A DNA stretch of 64,000 nucleotides from Anthoceros angustus (Eukaryota > Plantae > Anthocerotophyta), in NCBI GenBank assembly GCA_010909165.1, contig MU008163.1, forward strand, positions 1,240,001-1,304,000, written 5' to 3'. The first letter of the stretch is position 1. The number at the start of each line of letters is the position of its first letter. Shown piece after piece: positions 45,689-57,071 of this stretch. The position numbers and the translations under genes are program-made. Below the pieces are notes generated by a model. It was given only the letters and a program-made list of their open reading frames with translations, was not told the DNA's origin and made no database searches.

Positions 45689-48600
45689 TCAGAAGTCGTC
45701 ATCGTCTTGATTCCAAGGCTGCTTCTCATCAAACCACCAAGTCTTGACTGTTGAATCATGTGAGCAACTGAAAGGCCAGGCAACATGGTGAAGAGAATGT
45801 CAGATTTGACACAATGAGTACGGGTAACAACTTCAAGTATTGCAAGCTAGAATCCCAACCTCGCCAACAAGCTCTGGTGCGGATTCCAGACAGCTCGATA
45901 AGCAATTCCCTGATGACTGTGAGAGCTGTTGCTTCCGAGTCGTTGCAGAACATCACCCGTGGCAGCATCCCAAATAAAGACTAGGCCATCCTGCAAGATG
46001 AAGAAGCTGGCGGATTAATGCCAAGCCTGAGAAGGGTGAGCCCAAGAATTATGGTCAAGTATTTCACCTCCGATCCACCAACAATAAGGGCTTCGTCAGG
46101 TCCGAAACTGGCTCGGACAAAATTTTTACTCGTGTTCTGGTGACCTTTAAACCTTCTTACTGGACGTGCCTGCAATATTTCCGCACAGAACGTGGTAATC
46201 AAATGGAGCCAAGCCTCAGGTATCATCTCAGGGTGCAGAAACAGACCAGCCGAACATCCCAAAGACGGTTCGAGTTGTCCTTGGAACCGCTCAGAAGAAG
46301 GCTGCCAGCTTTGTTCATCTCAACTGAAGTTACTTCTGCAATTCCATGTACAATTGCTCAGGAGTAAAGCCTATGGACAAGAATCCACAGTGTGAGTAAT
46401 TGGAACCTGTAGTCACCTCCAAGGTGTGAGCTGTATGTTTTGATACAAACACCACTCACTACGTCCCAGAACTTGATCGTGCTGTCCTTCGACCTGAAAC
46501 AGTCGAATCCCCAGTAGGTAAAAAGGGAAATTCAATGAAGAAGAAGCAGTCAAAAGAACTTCAACAAACATGGACCGACCCACTGATGACAAGGTTGCCC
46601 AGTGGATTGAAAATCACACGAGACACAGCTGAATTATGACCGCTGAAAGTCCTGACTAGTGTCCCTGAATGCAAGTCCCACATCCGCACTGTCTTGTCGT
46701 ATCCTCCAGTCACAACAAAGTTCTGCAGGGATTAACCGCTAACTCAGTGGCCATGTTGCAAATCATTCCAACAGCGACAAGAATGGGGATGCCAAATGGC
46801 ACAAGCTTACATTTGAATGGTGAAATTTTGCACTGTACACATCACCCTCGTGGCCCAACAGGGTTGATGAACAAGCGAATTTGGCTGTTCCACCAAGATT
46901 CCAAAGCTGCAGACATTCACGGATTGAATACGTGAATGGATGATGCAAGGTTTTCATCAGCAAACCTTCCAAACTTATTAGTACTTATAACTGAACCAGG
47001 GGCCATCAGGACAATCCACCCTACTAGTAGTGAACTGGACACACTGATAAGAGAACAGCGGAAGGCTGAACAGATACCTTGATGGTGGAGTCCCCAGAGG
47101 CACTAATAATCAAGTCCCCTGTAGTATTGGATGTTACATCCCAGACACGAGATGTGTGCCCGTTTCCAGTGCCACCAGCACCATCTCCGAGTACACGAAG
47201 ATGGTTCCCACTCTCCACATCCCACAGCTGGAGGGTATTATCACTGTGCACAATATACAATAAAAATGTGAAGCAGACTCCGCCACCAGTGCAAAACAAA
47301 GACGCCCACGTTCAAATAATACTGATCTTTTCCAGGATTGCTCAAGCTAAGTGCACAAACAGCACTCACCTTGAGCCAGACACCAACATTGAGCCCTCTT
47401 CTCCAACAAAATCGACACACCTGCCATGTCATTTCATTGTGAACACATCAGAATGTGCAACTGTTACTGGATAGATGGGAGGCAAAGCACACATTAACCA
47501 AGAAGCCACAATCAAAGACGCACTTCACGTTGCTCCGGTGGCCTCTAAATGTAGTTTTGTGGGCGTTGGGCAGAATAAAGCATGAGTAGTCCTCCAGCAA
47601 TCTGTGCACAGAGCAGCACCAGGCAGATGAATGCCGCTAGACCCCACAAAAATGGCCCTGCCAAGAAGCAGAAGCTGATCAATATTTCCAAAGCTCCAAC
47701 TCAGAAATAAACTAGGAGCACTCTGGTAACAGCTCAAAGGCTTGGAAGGTGCACCACAAGCCAAGGGCACGAGGTCCATACGTTGGAACATTAGGGATGA
47801 CTTTTGGATGATATCTGCTGAACTCGATCTGGTAACGGACCGCCTGCTTCAACATATGTAGCAAGCGATGCTGCTGCATCTCTTGTCTAGCCACTGCACA
47901 CAATGCCAATGCCTGCAAAGTTCACTTTCTTTCCAAGCATATGAAATAAACAAACTGCACGATTCGTGTCCAGAGTAGCTACCTTCAAAGTCACTATTCT
48001 CCATCTCTAGCATCGACGAGAACTGCTCCACCAGCTTCTCTCTGAGAAACATCTTAGACAACAAGCTAAGTTCAGCTAACCAGGCCTCGCCAAGTTACAA
48101 CGTCACTCCTCGACCTCAAAGGATGGGACGAATTACCGTGAAGCTGCTACACCTTCCCAGTTGAGAGGTGCATCTTGTATACACTTGCAGGTCAAGAGAT
48201 AGCACAAGTTCTTGAAGTCATTATTTTGAGCACCTACTTGCTCCAAGGGCTTCAGCCTCTTTGTAAGAAGGGCGAACGCCTGTCACTGAAAGGTTAGCCA
48301 GCCTATCCAGCTAACTGACCGTGATGGAAGTTTTAGCTTTGTTGCAGCTCGTGCATTCAGTGCAACTGCCCTAGACAAGAAGCCATCTCACCTTTTGATA
48401 CTCAAATTGATCAATGAGCTCTAGAAACTGCTCCTTGTACACGTTGTACAGAAAAGTCTTGTGATCTTTCAGGGGAGTCTTCTGAACCATCTTCTCCACC
48501 TCTGCCCACTCCCCATCTGCGGAGCATCAAGGACAGCTGAATTTCAACAACACCAACAGATGCGTCCTGCGCTGGGTGAAAACTTGCACTGGCTACAGAT

Positions 48601-49006
48601 AGATGTTAAGTACCAAGAATAGCAGCCTTGATGCGCTTGAAATGTGAGCGATTCCGAACCTGTTCATTGATCTTGACATTTGCTTCATCCTGAACAATCA
48701 TCATGGAAGCAAAATAGCCTTCATCCTGAAGATACTGGGTAATCATCTTCAGAATATCCTGCAATTACACTCACCACATAAGCCCATCACATACTACGGT
48801 GCTCCTCTCGCAAACCATGACCGGACATACACCAGTCGCAGCCATGTCATGACACTCACTTCCTTAATTTTCGGATTGTTGTGATCGAATATAGCGTCGT
48901 CATTACCGATTGTCCTGCGAGGTGGCCCTACGTAAAGAGCTCCCTGAGCACGCTCAATTAAACTGCTGGTAATCCCTGTCTCCGGGCTGCAATTCCACAC
49001 AACCAT
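45689..49006 (-). CDS. LisH/CTLH-WD40 repeat protein (SMU1/WDR26-like architecture), multi-exon
   Basis: LisH DILKMITQYLQDEGYFASMMIVQDEA, CTLH GEWAEVEKM..EQFLELI, RLLHMLKQAVRYQ, and WD repeats (FRGHRSNVKCVDF, GHTSRVWDV, GHEGDVYSAKFH, FKGHQNTSKNFVRASF, CSHDSTVKTWWF). Stop at 45689. Confidence 0.9.
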
Positions 49007-49739
49007 GGTCCCCACCTGTCAAAAAAAGTGCATCTTCTAACCTAGAGAATGCGCGTTCTGCAGCTGAAGACAGTCAGACGCAATTGGAGGACTGTGTGGG
49101 ACGGCCCGCACAAACCCACCCAATCAAGAACCTGACAGAAACTGCAGGAAGCTCACCGGCTGGCAGGAATTTGCGTCGATGCAGTAGGATGGCGTGTGAA
49201 GGGCTCTGCGTCGTTGCTGGGCTGCGCCATCGGAAACAGTCTGTCTCCAACACGGCGGAATGGCGACACGCCCAACCCGCTTTCATCCTTTCATCCTTTC
49301 ATCCGTGACATTTCGTTTCACCTCGACACCATATCTAATTCATCAAATGTTATCTTATGAATCCCAGTGTACTAGTAAAGTCCCTTTACTCCAATAAATA
49401 TGGAGGTACAACAGCACCCTTGATTTTGTTATGTAACATGTAATGCTTAGACCAGTATGGGCATACTGAAGCTTAGTCCCTAAGCAGGGCAAAGCTAACA
49501 AACATGATTTTTGGACTATCAAATTCTATTAAACGTGACCATTCTAAGCAAATACACGCAGGCCTACAATTTGGTACTTTACTAGGATATATATATTTTT
49601 AGATAAAATCTATATTATTATAAGTATATATAATACACATTACATGATATATTGGGACTTCTTCAGGTGAGTGTAAGACTCTTCCCCATGATATGCTACA
49701 CAAATTCATATATACCTTCAGAGAGTGTCTCTCCGACCC

Positions 49740-50170
49740 TTCGTGAGGAGGGATCGAGTGCGCTGTTCATGTGGCGTTAGTCGGCGAGCGGTTGCGTGAA
49801 CGATAGCTTTTCTCCATGGCCAAGGAGAGCGGATTTGTTCCGTATAGGGAGCGCCCATATACCTTGCGCAATGGCATGTCACTAAGGGCGGATCTATTTA
49901 TGACCAAGGGGGATCAAATTTATGTTGTGAATGTCATCGTAACGGACCCTACCTGGGACACTGATTGTGAACACGTCATCAACCCTCCGAGTTGGGCGGC
50001 GGAGGGATGCGCGACATCCAAATTATACAAGTACACACCTATGCATGACGGCCATGCCTTCATCCCCTCGCCGTTAAGACCCACAACGCCATGGGCAAGG
50101 ATTTCGGACGGCTCATGAAGGATTGTACTAAAGCCTACCACGGCTGTGGTAGGCTTGTGTACACGACGCC
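49740..50170 (+). mobile_element. 3' fragment of a non-LTR retrotransposon with a restriction-like endonuclease (RLE clade)
   Basis: MAKESG..RE..LRADL..VVNVIVTDPT..AAEGCATSKLYKY..HAFIP fits the RLE pattern E..RPD..DV.V..AA..K..KY..F.P; degenerate and 5'-truncated. Confidence 0.7.
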
Positions 50171-50594
50171 AACGAGTGCGGGAGACGCAGCATCAATGGT
50201 ACCGGTCGTACGTAGGTAGGCCTTTCCTTATTTCTGATCACGACATACTTGGGGCGGTTGGTAGTTTTAGGTTTGTCATTCGGGATTGCCCCTTGACCCT
50301 TTCATAGATTGTTCCCCATCGGCTGGGGGTAGATGGGTTTTCCCATCTCTTTTTATAAAGTCTCCACTTTTTTTTTTCTTTCTTTCAGGGAGTGTTTCCT
50401 CCGTGAGTTAGTCCTTCCATAAGAAAGTATGTAGCTCGAAAGCTTTTTCCTTGGGTGAGTTATTTCATGCGAAACTATGTACATATGTCGAGTGATAGAC
50501 TTCTTCCGTGTGGCAAAATTATCTTAGTGACTTTCCCTTCCCGTAAGTTCTTCAATGCAACATCACCTTTGATTGAATTCGTGGTGAATTCTTC

Positions 50595-50790
50595 CGTACT
50601 GCAAGATTACTTTGAGTCAACTTTCCCCACCACCTCGAGTAAGCTTTTGAAACGTCCTTATGCGTAAGCTTTTCGTCGAGTGACTTCTTCCCTCGTACTG
50701 CAAGATTACTTTGAGTCAACTTTCCCCACCACCTCGAGTAAGCTTTTGAAACGTCCTTATGCGTAAGCTTTTCGTCGAGTGACTTCTTCC
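50595..50790. repeat. 99-bp tandem duplication
   Basis: CGTACTGCAAGATTACTTTGAGTC.. at 50595 and 50694. Confidence 0.9.
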
Positions 50791-51239
50791 CTTGTCCGAC
50801 CATCTCATGAGAGACCACCCCTCTTTAATCACGAATATTTCAATTAGAGCGAGTTCTTTATGCAAGACCACGCTTCAAGATTGTGACCAATTAACAAGTT
50901 GACTTAAAATTATATTACCACACCCCAAAAGGTGGTTCAACAGGGTAATGCCGAAATAATTATTTTTTGAAAAAAAGGTCTAACATATATATTTATATTT
51001 TTAAAAAAATTTAAAATTTATGAAAAATAATTTTACCAAATTTCAACATTTATTAGAATACATAGGTATCTATATAGAACTAACAGATATGTATAGACCT
51101 CCCCTAGACATGCCCTAATTTTCCACACAAGCCCTAGTTTCCCAAACAACCTCCAGCTTTTCAAACAAGACCTAGTTTCTAAGAAGCCCTAGCTTTTCAA
51201 ACAAACACTTTTTAAATAAAGTCAACCTGATTTCTTTGT

Positions 51240-52570
51240 GCCTTTCTTGTTTGGGAAAGTGGCTACTTGCAAGCATCCAAACATGATAACAAACAAACAA
51301 TCCTTACTAACATCCATGTTTCGTAAAATTGAGAAAGAGGAGAGGGATGCTGAAATTGCACGAGATGTGCACTTGCTTTCTACAAGTGTGGCTGGGACTT
51401 CACATGAAAAAGTATTAGAACTAGCATCTATGAAGCGACAAATTGGAAGGTCTCGCAAGACAACATGTGGAGCAGTTCTCTTGCCAATGAAGAGGATCAA
51501 GCAAGAGGATGAGGATGTCAAGAGTGATGCGCACAAGAAACGAAGAGGTCCTTATACTAATTGGTTTCAAGACCATTTATGGCTTTCTATAAAAACAAGT
51601 GTTAGGAAGCATAGGAATTTGGCTAATGCATTGCATTATCTTAAGACTGCCCATGGAAAGCCCGGAATGGATAATCCATATACCAAGTTGACGCATGGAT
51701 CCTTGTACACTTGGTTTGACTCGAAGACATAAGAGTTGAAGCCTGCGTACAACCTTGCAGTTAGTAAAAACTCTGCAGCATCCTGGCCAACTATCAACAT
51801 GGAACCTTTGGAAGATAGATCTGATATGAGGAAGGAGCTTGGTGATTTCTTGAGAACTTTGAGGGATGAGGGGAAACCAACCAATGCCCCACTTGTCCAA
51901 CCCATGCTAAGGGGCATAATTCAAGTTAGAGCACCTGAACTCATTGGAAACGAAATCGCCTTTTAAGCTCCTGGAGACGTGGAAAGATGAAGGAAGGATG
52001 ATGGCATATAGAGTAACTTACTTCTCTCAAGAGTTTATGATATTCCACCGGAACTAGTTATCAATAGTGATCAAATGGGAATCCACTTGGATCCTACAAA
52101 GGGAGAAGGCATATGGGAGGTTAAAGGGACAAAAGACATCAAGATGCTTGGAGTAGAGGACAAGAGGCAAATTATAGCAGTGATATCTTCATCTACAACA
52201 AGTTACTTACCACCACTCTAAATCATCTTCACAAAAACAATATGTAGGTCAATGCTCAAAGCTCATGGGGTCATCAAAGGCATTTGTGAAGGAAATTTTG
52301 ATCCCTTACTATGAAAGGTAGCTGAAAATCTTGAGATTGGCCACAAGGCAGAAGATGATTTGGATTATAGATTGCTGAAGTGTTTATAAAAGCAAGGAAT
52401 TCCTAGACTGGCTGAAAAGTACTACCCTTTGATATGTGTGATCTTTATTTCTGCTAGATGCACTAGCAAGTTGCAACATGTTGATGCTCAACGCTCTTTG
52501 AAGCATGCTTTCAAGAAAGAATTCTGCAACTGGACAACCACTACTACTCAAGAGCACCTCAAGGAGGGAG
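51240..52570 (+). mobile_element. Degenerate pogo/Tc1-mariner-like (DDE_1) transposase
   Basis: KRRGPYTNWF.., IPPELVINSDQMGIHL.P..WEVKG.KD..GVEDKRQI and FISARCTSKLQHVDA.RSLKHAFK match pogo-type motifs, with stops and frameshifts. AT-rich flanks at ~50940-51060 and ~53410-53560; TIRs not resolved. Confidence 0.8.
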
Positions 52571-52844
52571 GAAAAATTGCTGTTAATCCACAAGGCCTTT
52601 CTTGCCCGTTCGGGATCAAGCGCAAGATCATAAAACAATGTTGTTCGAACATCCTCATTTTCTAGAACAACTGAAGACATAGAAGAAGAGCATGAGTTTG
52701 AAAGAGAAGGAGATGATAGAGACTACTTATCTGAAGTAGTGGATGTGATGAAGAAATGTTTAGCTACAACAAAAGCTTCAACAAGTGGACTAGCACCAAA
52801 TTACAGCAAAAACAAAGCTAGAATGAAACAGTTAGCTAGGAAGA

Positions 52845-52915
52845 ATAAACATCTACAGGATCTTTGGAAGAAATAAACATCTACAAGATCTTTGGAACAA
52901 ATAAACATCTACATG
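52845..52915. repeat. ~27-bp tandem repeat x3 (GAA..AATAAACATCTACA.GATCTTTG)
   Basis: Seen directly. Confidence 0.8.
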
Positions 52916-53739
52916 ATCTCCATGCATGTTGCACCAAAGAACATGAATCCGCTGCCAGGCAATGCACACAAACAACGATCAAGATGTATTATGCCTAAGA
53001 GGTCATGAGGCAGCAACCTCGGCTTCTACAATGCAAAGATGCCGTGGATGGGCTCGTGGCCGTCCGGCGCCTCACCGCTGCGCAGCCTTTGTTGCCTCAG
53101 GAGGTTGCAAGCAGGAGCCTATGCTGCCTCCTGAGGCTACAGCTAATCCTCTGCTGCTGTTGCCTGTAGTAGCCTCAGCTGCTGCAGGTTCAACAGTGCT
53201 GCAGCCACCTCACTGTGGCCTCAGCTTCTACAATGCAGCATGCCGTGGATGGGCTCGTAGCCGTCCAGCAGGCGCCTACAGTGAGTAAGGCCTGAACGAG
53301 ATCGGGATCCGTGCGTTCTCAGGCGATCCCGCTCTTCATCAGGCCTACTCGATCTCCCAAACCACGCCAGCCCGCTCCTTACCTTTTCCTTGTTTTCGGC
53401 ATCTTAGGCTTGTAAATTTTACACATTCGGCATTTTAAATATAATAATTTATGGATTTTCAACTTTTACTAAATTTAATTAATTAATACCGAATCACCCC
53501 TTGGAACTCCAAGTGTATAAAAAAATTGTTTGAATAAACATATTAAAATTATTTTTTATTGAGATGAAAAGGATGGAAAGAGCCCATCGAGGAGGGGACA
53601 ACCAAAGGGGACCGGAATAAACACCGGAAGGCACCAGAAGGCATAATGTAGTATTTTGCCAGCGCACGTGCGAAATAAATTCACGGAGGCACTCCCCTTA
53701 TGCTATGAATGAAGCAACGTGTTAACGAAAAGAACTGGT

Positions 53740-55350
53740 GGAAAAACATTGGGGTGGTATGGTAGGCCACTGCGCGCATGCCTTCATTACCCACTTAAAC
53801 GGGCCTTCTCACAATGCGTTGGGCAGAGAGGACGTGGTGACGTGGAATGCTCGGGATGATAATCGGGATACTCGTAGCAGGGCATGGGTCAGGAAGCCCT
53901 TCAACCTTCGCTGTGCCATGCAACAAGAGGGCATCCCTCTACCCCAGCCCACCCCATGACATTGTTTTTTACCTCTGAATGCATGTGCAAGTGTGTCACT
54001 GCAGGTGTGGAGATCGGTAAGCAGCTTCACACACAGATTAGAGACATTCGCATGAAGCTGATGTATAGCCATCAGTCTGGTCGATATGTATGCAAAGTGT
54101 GGCAGCTTTGAGGATGCTCGCAGCGTGTTTGACGGACTTGATAAGAAGGGACTCTGGTGACTTGGACTGCTCTTATCGGACAGCAGGGCATGGGCCATGA
54201 GGTCCCCTAAATCTCTACAGGGATATCAGACTGACAGAGAACAAGGAGATCAGACTGATGTGCGTTTGGCCAGCAGTTTGGTAAGCATGTATGCCAAGTG
54301 TGGCGTGGCTTGGAAGATGCTCAGAGAGTGTTTGATGGTCTTGGTCAAAAACATGCGGTGACATGGACTGCCGTAATTGCAGGGCATTGTCAGCAGGGCT
54401 GAGGGAAGGAACCCCTTCGTCATTACCGTGTCATGCAAGGAGAAGGCATCTCTGTACCCAATTCTGTGACATTTGTCTGCCTCCGGGCCTGTAGACATGT
54501 GGGTACCCAAGCTTAGAAATAGGGAAGCTCCCTAGATGTGCAAATTAGAGATGGAGAACATCAGGCCTGATTTGTTTGCAGCCAACAGTGGTCAACAGGT
54601 ATGCAGCCTGGAGGCTGCGCAAAGAGTATTTGAGGGACTCGGTGGTGAAAAAGAGGTTTTGACGTGGACTGCTCTAAGTGCAGGGTATTCCAAGCAGAGC
54701 ATGAACCAGGAACCCCTTTGCCTTTACAGTGTCATGCAAGAAGAAGTACCGTTGTACGCAATTCCGTTACATTTGTGTTCCTCCTCCAGACATGTGCAAA
54801 TTTGGCAGCTTTGCATCTCGGAAGGTAGCTGCATGCACAGATTGAAGAGCAAGGTCTCGCAGCTGATGTACTTGACGCTGGCAGTTTGATGAACATGTAT
54901 GGAAAGTCTGGGTGCATGCTTGACGCACAGCAGGTTTGTGATTCGTTGTCTGAAAGAGACCTAGTCGCCTGGATTGCATTGACTGCAGGCTACTCCTCCC
55001 AAACGGACAGTGAAGCAGTCTTTGACTTGGTTCAGAGAATGAGAGACGATGGCATCCAGCCAATGGCCACCATGTTCTAAGTATTCTAATGGCATGCTGT
55101 CATCCAGGTCGGGTGAAGACGGGGAAGGAGTACTTGGCAGCTATGAGCATCACAGTACAGCATCACTTCCACGGTGGAGCACTGTACATGCGTGACAGAT
55201 ATCCTGTGCCCTGCCTGCCTGGTTGATGAGGCACTAGCTTCCGTAAGAACAATGCCTGTACTGCCAAAGGCTGCAGTTTGGCACAAGCTGCTGGGTGCTT
55301 GTACAAGATTGGGGCACTATGTGGAGGTAGCACGCCCTGCTTTCGACGAT
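53740..55350 (+). pseudogene. PLS-E class PPR pseudogene
   Basis: DVVTWNA, LVDMYAKCGSFEDARSVFD, LTWTAL..GY, NMYGKSGCMLDAQQV.D..ERDLVAW and the E-domain EHCTCVTDIL..MP..P.AAVWHKLLGAC, all in broken frames. Confidence 0.88.
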
Positions 55351-55449
55351 GAACATAAAGATAAGAAATTGGGGGAGTATGTGTGTGGGAGGTGGGACGG
55401 TTTTTGTTTTAGGTATATATTATTAAAGACTGCATTTAAGCAGCATGAT

Positions 55450-55523
55450 GGCCCATTAGCTCAGTTGGTTAGAGCGTCGTGCTAATAACGCGAAGGTCAC
55501 AGGTTCGAAACCTGTATGGGCCA
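55450..55523 (+). tRNA. trnI-AAU: tRNA-Ile (anticodon AAU)
   Basis: GGCCCAT/ATGGGCC acceptor stem, D arm, TCGTG-CTAATAA-CGCGA anticodon arm, GGTTCGAAA T loop. TTTT terminator at 55524-55527 and an AT-rich TATA-like tract at ~55413-55426. Confidence 0.97.
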
Positions 55524-57071
55524 TTTTGGTTCTCATTCTTGCCCGCGTTGTTAGTGTACTCCGCTTCCTCTTGGAAGGATATGAGATGCGATGGATGTGG
55601 TTGCATTGGGTGCTGTACGCAATCCCACTTAGTTTTGGTCGGACCTGGAAGTGTGCGAGTTGCGATGGATGTGTTTGCATTGGGTGCTGTACGTGATGCA
55701 TGCAGAAGTGTGTTCATGTGGTCTTCCATCGTTTCTGCGCATGTATTTTAAGCAGGCCATAGAGCTGTATCAAGTCGGATGCGGATGTCCAGCTGTCCAA
55801 CTTGAAGGGGATCGGAGCTGGGAGCTGAACAACAGGTGCATGCAGATGTGGGTGGTCAGTGGGGGTTCAGCCTGACTGATTTGTTTGTTTGTTACTATAG
55901 CGGCTTGGTGGACATGTATGCAAAGGGCGGGAGCTTGGAAGATGCCCAGGAAGAGTCTTCCGTAAACTCGGTCGATCGGAAGGATCTCTACCTGATTATT
56001 TGGAACATGTCGAATTCGCCCACATCCTGCCAACAGTGCCAAGCCACACGGAGGCCTGAGGACTGCTTCCTCGCACCGAGCACGCAGCCTTCCTAAGAGG
56101 ACTCTTCAAGACCACCCCATCCTGGTAACTAGTCGAAGGGAACAGCCTCCTCCATCGACCAGGCCAGATCTTTAATCACCTCAGCAAGCTGCAGATCGAA
56201 GCCGAAGCAGCAGCTCCCGCATAGCCACCGCATAGCCATGAACTATGGAGGTAGGTACTGGTGGGACTGCTAGGGAGAGCCATCACGCTAGTGAAAGCTA
56301 TCCATGAGCATGCCCATTCATCGACATGATGACCGATAAAGCTTCATCGATGGAAGGAGACATGAACACGGACATGCATTTTGGCCGCAAGCCTAGCTCC
56401 TTCAATGTTAAGGGTCCGCTGGTCACCAGCCCATGCCCCAGGAATGGGAAGGGGTGAAGGTACAGCCATGGAAATGGGGGAAGTTCGAGGGTGATTCATC
56501 AGAGGATGACTCTCTCAGGAGTTGTGATTTGTATGAGCAGATTAGATTTTTATATCGAGTGCCGAAATACACCTGGCGTGGCCACCACTTGGCCGCTGCG
56601 CACAGGCAGCAGGTGGCAGCTTCATCTTCAGCTATGGTGCAGCATCCGTGGCCTCGCGTACTGCGTTGGGTAACGTTGTGCTTGCTCCGGAGCGTTTCTG
56701 TGCAGGAACGCTGGCTGCGACACAGATCAGACCGATTCTTGGGCTGACCACTTTTCTTGTCTGCAAATATTCCACCCGCTCCTCTTCCATGAATGCAGGG
56801 GATGCGTTTGTTGGGTGATTTGCTGCCAAAGTCAGGCGACTTGACGTGCACGCTGCGGGAGTGAAGATCTGTATTGCAACAGGCCAGGAGTCCATTGGGA
56901 TCTTTCTGCTAGGTGAGGCTCATGTCCATTTCGCATTCTTGATGTGTGGACTGAGGGTGGAAACAGTGGACGCGTTTGTCCAAGTGCCTGGTTGACTCAT
57001 GGAGAGACATTGGAAACAGTTGCTGAGTGGCGCGCACACTACTGGCTTTCAGGTGCTTAGTTTACGATTCC

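Noticed and set aside
50940-53500. TIRs of the pogo-like element
   Set aside because: CAGGGTAATGCCGAA and the candidate right end share only patchy complementarity, and no TA duplication was confirmed.
56423-56895. Overlapping ORFs upstream of anoctamin
   Set aside because: No family recognised in any frame; possibly another decayed fragment.
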